From the NCBI RefSeq assembly GCF_003704095.1, contig NW_020847079.1, forward strand, positions 62,001-126,000: DNA of 64,000 nucleotides, in the 5' to 3' direction. The notes beneath the pieces are model-generated. The model searched no databases. It was not told where the DNA came from and saw only the letters and a list, made by a program, of their open reading frames with translations. How positions within the stretch are numbered: position 1 is the stretch's first letter; each line of letters begins with the position of its first letter. Shown here one piece after another: positions 37,201 to 48,400 of the stretch. Made by a program: the position numbers and the translations under genes. This stretch comes from Pocillopora damicornis (taxonomy: Eukaryota).

Positions 37201-38352
37201 CCAGGGAAACATTGTTACATCCATATACAAGATCTTTAACAAAATGTCACCAAGCTTTACCTACCTCACTGTTGTAAAAATATTTTTTTTTACATTTTAT
37301 AGAGAAAATAACCAAGGGGCTAGCTTCTCAAAATAAGCTTAGCTCTCACATACCTCCTCCAAAATCTTCTGTAATTCCTGCTGTGCATCTTGAACTGTTG
37401 TCTTCAGAGTATTAACCCTCACAACAGTGTACAAAGGTGGAGTAACAAGTGCCTTCAGTAGCTTATCAAATCCAGTAGTGCTATCACTCACATCATGTTC
37501 CTGTCTTAACAGAGAAAATTTGCCTTTCAGAGCTTTATTTAGGATTTGTCATAGGTCACTGTCTAAGAAAATTACATGGTGCTAGGTATCACCTACAGTC
37601 AGCAAAACCTTAACTTGACAGACCTAACATCAGTATGCATACTCTTCACACTGTTCTTGGTACACTTCGTAAGGGGTTGGCAGGGAGAATTTGTTTAACA
37701 ATCAAGAGCTTTTTCAGTTAGTGATCATTTCCTTTGTTCTTCACGATCTTAATGTTTGATTCAGTTAGAATGTTTGTTAGAAGAAATTTGATGCTAGTCA
37801 ATCTCGAGGGTCAAAAGTTTAATGAGTAAATGGCAAAGTTGGCTCGCCATGGCTGTTCAACAACCCCATGTACTTCATGGGTCTGCAGTTACTCTGCCTC
37901 GTAACATTTCAAAAAATGAAATGGAACCGTGAGAAACTGAATTAAGGGGAATGGGTATGCGATTAACAGGCCTGGGGTGAAAAAGGTGGGGTGTACAAAT
38001 CGATAGATTAGGATAAAGGCACCACAGATGAGCTCCCAGGAGCAACCATTAATAGGACTCCATACTACAACAAAGCGCATAGCCCTAGCATTAAAGCTTT
38101 CTAATATATCGAGCATACCCCCGATTATTGAAAACGTTTTGTTTCACCAATGAAGCAATTTATCGGGATCGTCTAAAAACTGGCCACTACCTTCATAAAA
38201 AGAATTTCTTACTTCTCTTGATTCTCATTAAATTACCATATCTAGAGCAAGATTGACACGCCTTTAATTACCTTTAAAAGACACTGCGAACTTCTCAAAT
38301 AGTCTTCAACTTCTGGGACTGAGAAGGTCAGCTTTGTAAGACCGTACGACAT
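31269..38352 (-). CDS. NSUN6: tRNA (cytosine-72-C5) methyltransferase NSUN6 (PUA + RsmB/NOP2 methyltransferase). 10 exons, approx. 38352-38272, 37500-37354, 36467-36270, 35660-35504, 35198-35038, 34397-34357, 33791-33641, 33245-33085, 32189-32064, 31445-31269
   Basis: [86 protein letters not shown] (both catalytic Cys motifs) and DTIGFFIAKF. Confidence 0.95.
31485..31709. mobile_element. MITE with imperfect TIRs in the last NSUN6 intron
   Basis: tccttttcgacaaagtccgccgcgcgagtccaaaaaattcag pairs imperfectly with ctgatttttttggactaacgcgataaacttcgccgaaagga. Confidence 0.6.
33828..34045 (+). mobile_element. piggyBac-type MITE, subfamily A
   Basis: ttaacccttttactcccaagat...catgggaattaaaggggtaa. 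Confidence 0.85.
36005..36217 (+). mobile_element. piggyBac-type MITE, subfamily B
   Basis: ttgaccctttacac...atcagtatgcagattctcc...gtcactctttggggtcaaaggatta. Confidence 0.7.
36605..36812 (-). mobile_element. piggyBac-type MITE, subfamily A, degenerate
   Basis: agtgaccaagacagaatttctcctta...gacagtaaggagaattac. Confidence 0.7.
37605..37822 (+). mobile_element. piggyBac-type MITE, subfamily B
   Basis: cctaacatcagtatgcatac...ggagaatttgtttaacaatcaagagct...gggtcaaaagtttaa. Confidence 0.7.
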
Positions 38353-38860
38353 GCTAAATATCCGCCATGTTTTCTTGATTGGTTCCCAGGTTCTAAAGAT
38401 CGGCCATCCGTCCCCCTACAATCCCCGACCCTCCCATGAGCAAATTTCCCACTTCAGCTGGCGGTAGTATTCTTTTAAAAACATAAACGTGTTATGTTAA
38501 CCTCATTTTTAAATAAAAATTATACCTTTTCTGCATATGTCGACGAGGCTAGGAGGGCTAATTTTTCACGGATATGAAAAGAGCAGCAACTAAGCCCGTT
38601 ATTTGTAAAAAGAGGTGTAATCTTTTAAATGAAAATTCAAAATCACGGTAACTTTGTCCTCATTCCACTTATATAACTTCTGAAATTTTCCTTTCATGTC
38701 ATAGTAAAGCTTATTCATTAAAATGACCATGTAATGTAGTGATTGGTCATTTTCCAATTACGGAGAAAAAGATAAACTTTTGAATAAGTGCCGGTGACTG
38801 GGGCACACATTACACTATTATGTAATCGTTGACTACGAGCCTTTATTTTTTCTCCACCAA

Positions 38861-39190
38861 GAGGGTGGCAAAGGCGAAGTCCTGACCAGATTTACGCCCG
38901 AATTTTAGATTCACGCATCACGTACATTTTAAACAGCATTTCAGGCTTTACAAATTAAAAAGGCCGGAAAAACTTTAAATATCTCTTCTTGTGTGCGAGG
39001 TTTTAGGGAAATCTCAAGGTTTTCAGTAAAGAGGAAAAAATTGATGGGTCACGTCTACTTCACGAGGCAAATCACACCTCACGTTGTTTCATAAATATTC
39101 ACGAATCACACTCGCCTTTGTGTAAAATTCACGTGTCACATATCAATGTTGGCCTTAGTCAAGCGTCACGCGTACACCTTTGCTACCCAC
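38861..39190. mobile_element. MITE with 14-bp TIRs and many internal TCACG motifs
   Basis: gagggtggcaaagg ... cctttgctacccac, with caa on both flanks; repeated tcacg/tcaca inside. Confidence 0.7.
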
Positions 39191-40333
39191 CAAAGACGAT
39201 TCAAAATTTCCTCAGAAGACGTTAATCACTCTGGAAATTCAGTCTGAAAGCAAAACAGAGTAAATGGTTGGTGGAAAGCTACCTTAATGAAGATTGACAA
39301 TAGTAATGGCTTCACATCACTACTTTGAAAATGGAAGCTAGTAGCGTGATTTTTCCAATGTTGTTCTGAAATAAGGGAACGTGTTATTAAGATTGACATT
39401 TTTGAAGGCGTGTCGCCTAAATGTGTTTTTCATTAAACACTAGACAAAAATGGGTTTATATTACACGAGGAAAGAAATCAATGGAGACGAAAGGTAAAAG
39501 CGAACTGGTCTTCAGTCAAAATAATTGTGTAAGCGAGAGAGGGTTTGTTGTTCTAGTGAAATCAGTTTACAACACTGGAAAATTTTATTTCATATGGCAA
39601 AATCAACACTATGTTCTGAGCGTTGTATGTTTTTTAGCATAAATATTGATCTAAGAGTGTCTTATTTGAAATAGGAATGAGGGTCATGATTAAGGGTCAT
39701 AAATAACACATATTTTCACGACCTTGTACGTGGTGAAAGTAAGTGACCCTGAAATTCGACCCAAAAGGCACGTGCACCCCTTTATTGAGCACGTCTAGGT
39801 AGGTCACAGAGTCAATAAAAACTAATATAAATCAATTAAGAGGTCAATAACAGTAGATATTCCAGCTTTCCTAACCAGCAAACGTCAATAATCAAGATTA
39901 ATCCTTCCTGAAAAACTTATCTACAAATTGCGAAATGTTATCAGGCAATGATTCAATTCAAATACATAAGTTCAGTTACTAGGATAAAAGTACATGCATT
40001 GTTTCTTTTGAGCCAGGGTATAATCTGAATGAAAGAGAACAAATTTCAATTTAAAGAACAATTTTGGCTGGGGAAAAGTACACAATGGAATTTTAATTTT
40101 CAGTTACGCTCTTGTCCTCTGACAACGTCGCGCGCGCTTTCGATTAAAGCAAAAGGTGTCACGGATGACGTCACGAAACAGTCGTCGCTTTTATTCAAGG
40201 TATTTCCGCCGGCTGTGAATAACCATCTTCGCTTCGGTGAACGTGAATCGAATCTCGCATTACACATCGATCATCAAGTGTTGTGTCTCGTTGAAAATTT
40301 GTCATTTTTGTGATCTGTCTTTTCGGGTCAACT

Positions 40334-43300
40334 ATGGCTCAATTCGAAGCCCATGAGAACGATGTAACGGAACAAATTAAAACAATCGGGTCCAACGAAC
40401 CGGCATCGAAAGGTTGGCAAGCATTCCAAGTCGTATTTTGGACGTGGCTGACGGTAGTGACTGTTGTTGGGAATTCTTTGGTGCTTCTGTGTATTGCGTT
40501 TAAAAAGCGCCGAAATTCGTCCATGTTTAAGTTTTATGGGAGCCTTGCCTTGGGAGATCTGATCGTAGGTGAGTGAAACATAAAGGGTAGGTCATAAAGG
40601 GTTAACTAATGATGGCAAAATTTTTCGTCGCATGTCTAATCGAGAAGTTAATGATTTGTTCTTCGAATTACAACAGCGGCGCAAATAATTTGCATGCAGA
40701 GCTAGTAAACACTTGAATAATATACCTGCTCAATCAATTAAGCCGCAAAACCAAAATTTCTTATGCTAGCATAATTTTTTTCAACCCCGTATTCAGCTGT
40801 ACTAAACTATTCTGTAAAGATAGTGCATTATTTACAAAGAAAACGGCACGCAAACTACATCAGTCAATTACGAAAAAATACTAAAATTCCTTACATTCTG
40901 AAATTTAGATTCTAAAAATTACCTCCATTAATTAAATCAATATTTTTCATTTGTGGAGATTACTCACTATCATAGCTTTTTGGAAGAAATATAAAAATAT
41001 TTAAATTTATTAATGATCTACATGGTTAGTTTTTATTGTGATGAAATTCATTAGTCATATTTCCGATGTTCTGTTTCGCAGGAAGGACATTTTCCAGATT
41101 AGAAAACCACGCTGCCGCTTGACTTCCTTTGATAATTGGCATTAGTAAATTTTATCTTTCACTCTAAGTAAATAATTGTACGAAATTCAAAAGGTTGAAT
41201 ACAAACAGTAGTGTTTAGATGTCAGATCCTTTCTTATTTTAGATTATCTGACTGAATAGAGTTTCGTGACCTGTACCCTGTCTATCGATATAATCATACG
41301 TCTTTTCTTTTTTTATGTAAACAAAAGGAAATTAACATTTTTTTTCAAAATCTTTACAAACAAAACCTGTATTTTCGCTTTTTTAAAACTAAAGCAGCTT
41401 CCTCTCGACTTTCTCAAGGAGAATAATTAATTAAAACTCTAGAACGTTTTAGCTAAAGAATCGGCCATAAAAAAATTACCCGGTGACCTTTAGACGGCCT
41501 AAAATGGTGTGTAAAGGTTTCAGGATTTCCGAGCTCACGTTCTCGCCCCGAGGGCTTTCACGTTCACATTTTGCACAATTCTGATCTATCTTCGTCCTCA
41601 CCTTATCACAAATCGTCCCTTGAAAGCCAACCTTGAACAAAAATAACTTCAATTGAAAATATCTGCCATCATTCTGAAGAATAGTTTTGAAAAATTGTTG
41701 CACTTTACTACAAACATTTCTTTTGTGCTTGTTTCATTTTAAGACTCGCGCTTACTGTCTGGTATGATATCGGATTAGTTTCATAAGTGACGTCAGCAGA
41801 TCACGTTTACGCCATTTTAAAACACAGGATTTCCCTTGCGCGTTGTTTCCGTGCACTTTGCGCACATTTTCGCCAGCGATAGAGTCGGAGTTAGAGTCGG
41901 AGTTGAAGTCGGAGTCGCGAAAGGGCTCACGACAAGGCGCAAACGGAAGATCGAAATCGAAAGCAGTCACCATAGATATACTACATTCATAACAGAGTCG
42001 GAAAAATTAAGCCATCTTCATTTCCTCCGGTACTGCGGCTCCTCATTTAAGACTATTGTTGGAGTGGCAAGCGGAAGCAGTAGAATCTAGCAATCACAAG
42101 CCAAGCCAAGCATACACTTAACCTTGCAATAGATTCAAAAGTGACGTCGGTTTTCTCCTTCTAAATCCTTGGGTTTGATTTTCACTGAATCGTATCCTTC
42201 TACATTGCACTTCTAATCACGACTCTGACTAAGACACTCTCGTTGGTGCAACCAGCCTTAAGATCGAGTAGCTGGTAGAAGGAAGCGCCGAATCGGAGTC
42301 AAACATGACTGCTTGTGTCGGTGTGAAGGCGTAATGACCGCGAAAAGAAGTCAGCGTGCGAGGGAATTGCGGTTCCACCTCTTTTACGTCCCCACTACCG
42401 ACACCTGCGTGGGCAACACACCGAAAGTGAACGTCATCTGATTTATCGTTGTTGTCAGATGGACGTCATCTGATTTATCGTTGATGTCAGATGGTCAATC
42501 AATACCCAAACACTCATACACACACAAACACACACACACCACAAATGATATGCACTTCCAAAGTGGCGCGTTTCTATATAAATGGCTAATACCATTATTG
42601 GATCGTGATTCGAAAATTTTTTTGTCATTGAGTAATGCTACACGGTATCTCCGTCAGTAGAGTTGCGATATAGTTCAGAGATAAAGGCTCCTAATGATAG
42701 CAGAAATGCTTTGTAAGCTCCCTGAATGAACCGGCCCTAATCTAGTACGCGTACGCATTTTCTAATGGGAAATGGGATATGGGTACTAGATTAATATTTT
42801 TATGAACGAAACAAAAGGGTGCTTTTCCTTTTCGGCACAATCTAAACAGTTTCCATATCTCTTTCCAGGGATTTTTTGCGCTCCCCTTCTACTAGCAGCA
42901 GCATGCCGCCAGCAGTGGAAGATGGGAAACGCCTTGTGTTACGCTTACTCCACTGTGATTTCACTGTCTCTCAACGTCTCCGTCATGACTTTGTTTCTAA
43001 TCAGCTTAGACCGCTTAAACGCCGTTTCAAAGCCTTTCCAGTATAGAGCAAAAGAAACCTTCACGCAGAAATGGGCATTATGGCTCATTCTCTTCACCTG
43101 GCTACATTCCATATTCTGGGCCGCGGCGCCCTTGGTGGGCTGGGGAGAGATAATCAATGACGAAATTACCAACTCCTGCAAGCCTAACTGGTCAGCGAAA
43201 GGACTCAAAAATGGTACGTACTCCATGGGATTAGCAGTATTTCCCTTCGCTATTCCTGTGTTGTCGATGATAGTTGTGTATATAATGATATATTATAGGT

Positions 43301-43866
43301 CGAAAGTGAGCAATCGTTTCATCAGAAATAGATCACAGACCTTAGCCGATGAAGAAAAAAAGCGACGAAAGCAACAAAATGCTATATTACGGACAGTGTT
43401 AGTAGTCGTGGGTATGTTTGTGTTTTGTTGGCTACCCTACACCATCGCTACCATTTTCAAACTGTTTTTCCGCGCCCTTCCACCCACGTGGTTAGTTCAT
43501 CTGGGTTTAATGCTTGCCACTGCGAACAGTGCGGCTAACCCCGCGATATACTCAGCATTTGATAAGAGTATGCGGAACGAGTTCAAGCGAATGTTACTCA
43601 TTTGTCGCAAAAAACGGGACACGCTAGAAGAGGATGGGGTGCGAAGTCGGCGAACCAGCTCAAACATGGCTACGTGGAACAATACGATCACAAGAATAAG
43701 CGACGAAGCTGTCAACAAGATTATTAATAAGGATACGAAGGAGATGAACGGTAATAATTTACCAAGAAAACAAACGATGACAGACTCTTACAACAATATG
43801 ATCGAGTTGTTCGTTAAGGACATCGGTCAAAAATGGGAAAACCCCTCGAGAGAGACTTGGGTATAG
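40334..43866 (+). CDS. Class A GPCR, orphan/GPR161-like; exons 40334-40568 and 42869-43866
   Basis: Exon 1 (TM1 GNSLV, TM2 LALGDL) joins by a phase-1 GT-AG intron to GIFCAPLLL...SLDRL...PLVGWG...CWLPY...NPAIY; no retinal-binding Lys in TM7. Confidence 0.9.
41868..42261. mobile_element. Degenerate MITE with GGAGTC subterminal repeats (Harbinger-like), in the GPCR intron
   Basis: ttttcgccagcgatagagtcggagttagagtcggagt at one end; acgactctgactaagacactctcgttggtgcaaccagcctta at the other. Confidence 0.5.
42431..42494. repeat. 32-bp direct tandem duplication, each unit with a catctga/tcagatg hairpin
   Basis: acgtcatctgatttatcgttg(t/a)tgtcagatgg occurs twice. Confidence 0.9.
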
Positions 43867-45458
43867 ATATCTGTGTTGTGGATGTTTATATGTAAGAACA
43901 CATTTGTGAAACAGACAGGGATCCCCGCCGGATCCTCACGAAGCCCATCCTCCATTTGATGCGCCGATCGACAATCATCCGAAATTCACGGAACATTGGA
44001 GTACATTGACTTCTCCTTAGTGTGAGATGCCACCATCATGTGCGATGTGTTACTTTGCCCCTTGCTTCTACAACAACTTGTATTCATTTTCACCTAGTGG
44101 AGAGTTACCCCAATTATTTTTTACGGTATATGCCATTGACAGCGCATATAGACGAAAAACTTACTTTCATATTGACGCTTTCTATCGCGTACCAGACAGA
44201 GCTAAAACGCCTTTACGTGCATCACGAGATCGCGCTTAATAAAATTGTTGCAACACGATAGTGGAATTTACCAAGAAATGTAAAGTAGTGAGGCTTTCTG
44301 TTCTTCATAAGACGAAGGTAGAATGCTTAAGCTTGGACCTTACACTGCAGACCGTCCTAAAACAGGATCTCAAAATATATTTTGAGCAGCACAGGTTAAC
44401 CGAGAATTATTAGTTCAGTCGCAAAAACGAAACGGCAAAAAGCCCTATAAGTACCCGGTTTGTCGGAGCAGTACATTGACATACACACAAGTTCCACAGT
44501 TCTGCCTCGAATCTCTGTTTTACTTACTGCAATTACTGTAATTAAATAGTAAATATATAGTCAAACTTCAAAATTTCACGCAGTGAAATTCCATATAAAT
44601 ATATTCTAATGACTGTAACAAGGTTAAAGCTAACATTGTAAATATTTGTTTAAAATGAAAATAAAGGTATTTATTTTATTTAAGTCAAAAGAGATTATAG
44701 GGACAGAAACGACGAATTTGTGATACGTAGTAGAATCATATGGAATTACTAGAAACAAACAAAAAAAAGATTATAATGATGTATAAACTTATCCATTACC
44801 CTTAAATAAAAAAATATTAAATAATGATCTCGAACAGTTTATGTTTCGTTCTTGTATGGAAGAATTTCATAAAAGGAAATAGGGCTTAAGCGACTGGTGG
44901 GAAAAGAATTAGAAGAGCTCACTTCGATGGCTGTCGTAAAACAAAAACAAAGTCATCAGCCAATTAGAGCAAAGGAAAATATTACAAGGAGCCAATGAGA
45001 GGTCAAAAAGAAAACAAGAAACCAGGCTGAAGCGGGGGAAAACAGAAGCTGCCAAGTCGTGGCTATTTTAGTTTTTTACCTATAATTGGTTGAGAAACCT
45101 TTCCAGAAGGTTTCTCTACCATCTATAGCGCAAGTTTCTATAGCAATCTGTGAGCATACTAAAGAAAAACCAAATCTATGTAGACATTTAATTCGAAAAC
45201 TCCTGTGCAGAACGGCAAGAAAAGACGCGCGTAAAATGACGAGGTAAAAGCGCACAGAATAGTCTAGACAACAAGTAAGTTTCCCTTCCAAAGTAATTCC
45301 AATTAGAAAAACAAGTATCGTTCTAACTTCCGCGTGCGTTTACCGAAACCTCGCCACATCAATTGCTAAATCCCTCAATTTACAGAGCTACTATGTGCAA
45401 TGATTCAGCCAGACGAAAAAACTGAGAAAAATACAGAAAGACTCCAATGTTCTTTAGC

Positions 45459-48400
45459 CTATAATTCATTATGTTTGCCCTGTGATTCGGTCTGTTGACT
45501 TTTTAAAACATCATCAAGTCTTTCCTGTATAAAATCTCTCACAGACTTGTCCAGTTGTTCCGAATGTTGTCCAAGAAATTTGTTAAAATCTTCCAAGGTT
45601 TTATCGTCTCTCAAGAGGAACTCCTCGACCAAAGGAGGCTGCTTCTCCACAGATTGTAATAGTGTACTAACTCTATCGTCACGTCGCCGAGATTCGCCAC
45701 GGATATTTACCTGAGAAGTAATGACAAGGGCAAATCAGAGCAAAGACAAATTTGCGAAACAAGCCAATGAGAACTCAGAGAAAACTAAAGTAGCTGGTTC
45801 AAGTGCGGGAAAATGCAAGTGGTCAAGTCCTTATTTTTTTTTCTTTTCAGACTTTCATTGTTGGCTGGGGCATGTAGGGAGATTGCATGAGTTTTCTACA
45901 CCAATAATAAAGAGTACAAAAACAACACCAAAGAAATCACATTACAATGGACAATTGATTGAAAAGTAATCAAAATACATGTACTATTTAAAAAATTACT
46001 CATCATGCATTCTCAAACACAAGATAATGTGGTTTTATCAACTGAGCTGATAATGTAGATTCGCTTCGCCAAAAGGCTAACGCTCAAAATATCATCTTCA
46101 GAAACTCTTTACGGAGGTCAATTTACATTATCAACTCGTTTTATTCCCCCACCAACGCATCACCACACTTTCCTTATAAACTTATCCCCTTAAGTCTCTA
46201 ATACAGTTTGCTGAAAAAACCCTATCGGATTAGCAAGATAAATATCTGGTTTTGCTGTTTCAAAGAGTCCTGAATTTCGTGAAAAAGATCCAAAGAGATA
46301 GAGTTTCCACGCTTGTAGCGAGAACGGAATGTGATTCCTACGCTTTTAAATGACACAGTCGCAAATAGTTGCTGATCAAAGATAAATAAAATCTCATTCC
46401 CTGTCCCTTACCTCTCCAGGCAACGTTTTCCCGAAAGCCTCATCTACCACGTCGGCAGGTACGGACATGACGTTATCTTCTGTTAGGTAACCATCCTGGT
46501 CTGTATCAAGTAGCGAAAACCGCTGCATGATACAATAGGGGAAATTGGAGGTTAATAGAGCGATTCAGATTTCTGTAATAGTTCGCAAACGTGTATAAAA
46601 AAAGGTCAAGAAGTGTTTGTCTGAAAGCCTCATTACTCAAATGCTAAATACAGAATAATCTTTTGGCAGACATCAAAAGGTATGGTAAAAAAATTGCTGA
46701 GCTTTTGGAAGCTATTATTATGATTTACCGTTTTTGTTATGAGTCTTTCTCCGGTGTGCTCTCCCTAGAGGAATATCAAAAGATAAAGACAGTCAAATAC
46801 AAAAATAAGTCTTTATATGCTCAGTTAGGCACTGCATGATAAAAACGGTCGTTAAAACACGGCATAGTAAACTAAGCTTAACAAAGAGACAAAGTTTGCG
46901 AGCCACTGCAAAGGCTAGTCGAAAGAAACAGAACTAAAAACAAAGGGACAGTAGGAAGTCAAAGAAAAAAATTATGAAAACGCCAGTGATCAAGTCGTAA
47001 CCTGTTTTAGTAATGTAATATGATCTGATTGGTTGAGAGGGTGTGCGGTTGGTTAAGGCCATTCACTGAACCGAAAAAAGCAAAGCCAAACGAAAACAGT
47101 ATGTACTTACCACAATCAAAGGATTGATAACATTATATGTCATCATTCCATTGTGTTCTTTTATCACTTTAAGAAGCATAAATCTGCAATGCAGTAAGCA
47201 GTAGACTAACCTAAGGTAATGCTAACTTGGGTTACATTCAGCCCAAATTTGTCAACTTCACAATTCAAATTCAAATTTCTTTTAACCCATTTTCCCTTTT
47301 CTTTTCCATTCTTTTTTTTCCCTTTTCAAAACGACAGATAGTGATACTCATTCTATTACTAATTATCTTAGAGATCTACTAGTACAATATATATGTTAGG
47401 CTGAATTAACCCTTTAACTGCCAAGATCTCATTAGTAATTCTCCCTACTGTCTGACATACAGTTCTTGTGATGTTAGTTTAGAGAATTTGGTATTGAATC
47501 AACTTATGATCCTCTAACTGATATTTTTCTTTATTCGCATCACTTGTCTGCTTGATATTGTACTGACATTGTAAGGAGAAATTCTATCTTGGTCACTCAT
47601 GGGAATTAAAGGGTTAAGTGCTCATTTTGATTGGTTCTTATTTATATTGGAGGACAGATGCATTGATAACCTCACGACTGATGACAATTTGTTTTTTCAT
47701 CATATAAAACAAATAGATTTTACATTGCCATGAGTCTGTTCCGTAATAATAGATCACAAAGGATAGCAAAATGTGACAAGAAAATCAGTGACACCCTCAG
47801 CTGCCCTTAGTATGCCATTTTTTTTTTTACTCATCTGTGATCTTGCTATTACTGAACAGGGAATCTATTTGTAAGACAATTAACCCAATATACTAACTAC
47901 ATCTAAGTAAAGAGACAATGGAAATGGATGGAAATGCTGGTTATCTCACTCAGGGGAGACTATTGCGTATTTTGTTATTTCTTAGGATGCTAAGGGCTAA
48001 ATAGAACTAGTTTAAAAGGAATAGTGACAGGAAATGCTGTTTAGTCTGTCAGGTCAATTTGAGAGGAATCATTTCATGGGGGTATCTACCACAGAGGAGA
48101 TTGGTTCTCTTTTCCAAGGAGTTTTCCCTCTCCTTGGGAAACAGTTTTTACACACCTTAGCTGCTCTCCTGTTGTGAACTTAAAGTTACTCAACTTTGCT
48201 TTTGATGAATCTCCATTTTCTGAATTTACTGTTGGTGAAGGAAAGAACAGAGAGGATTTACATACTTCATAGTTGTGAAGTATATAAATTATAACATGGT
48301 ATAAATGTGTGAACCCATCATTTGGAGTCAAAAGAAAAACACAGGCATAGCTATCCTATGTTAGGGCTATTTGTAAACTGCTCATGGCTACCTTCAATTC

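Noticed and set aside
42869-43866. Opsin (PLVGWG...SC..NW loop looks opsin-like)
   Set aside because: The position equivalent to Lys296 is Thr (LATANSAANPAIY).
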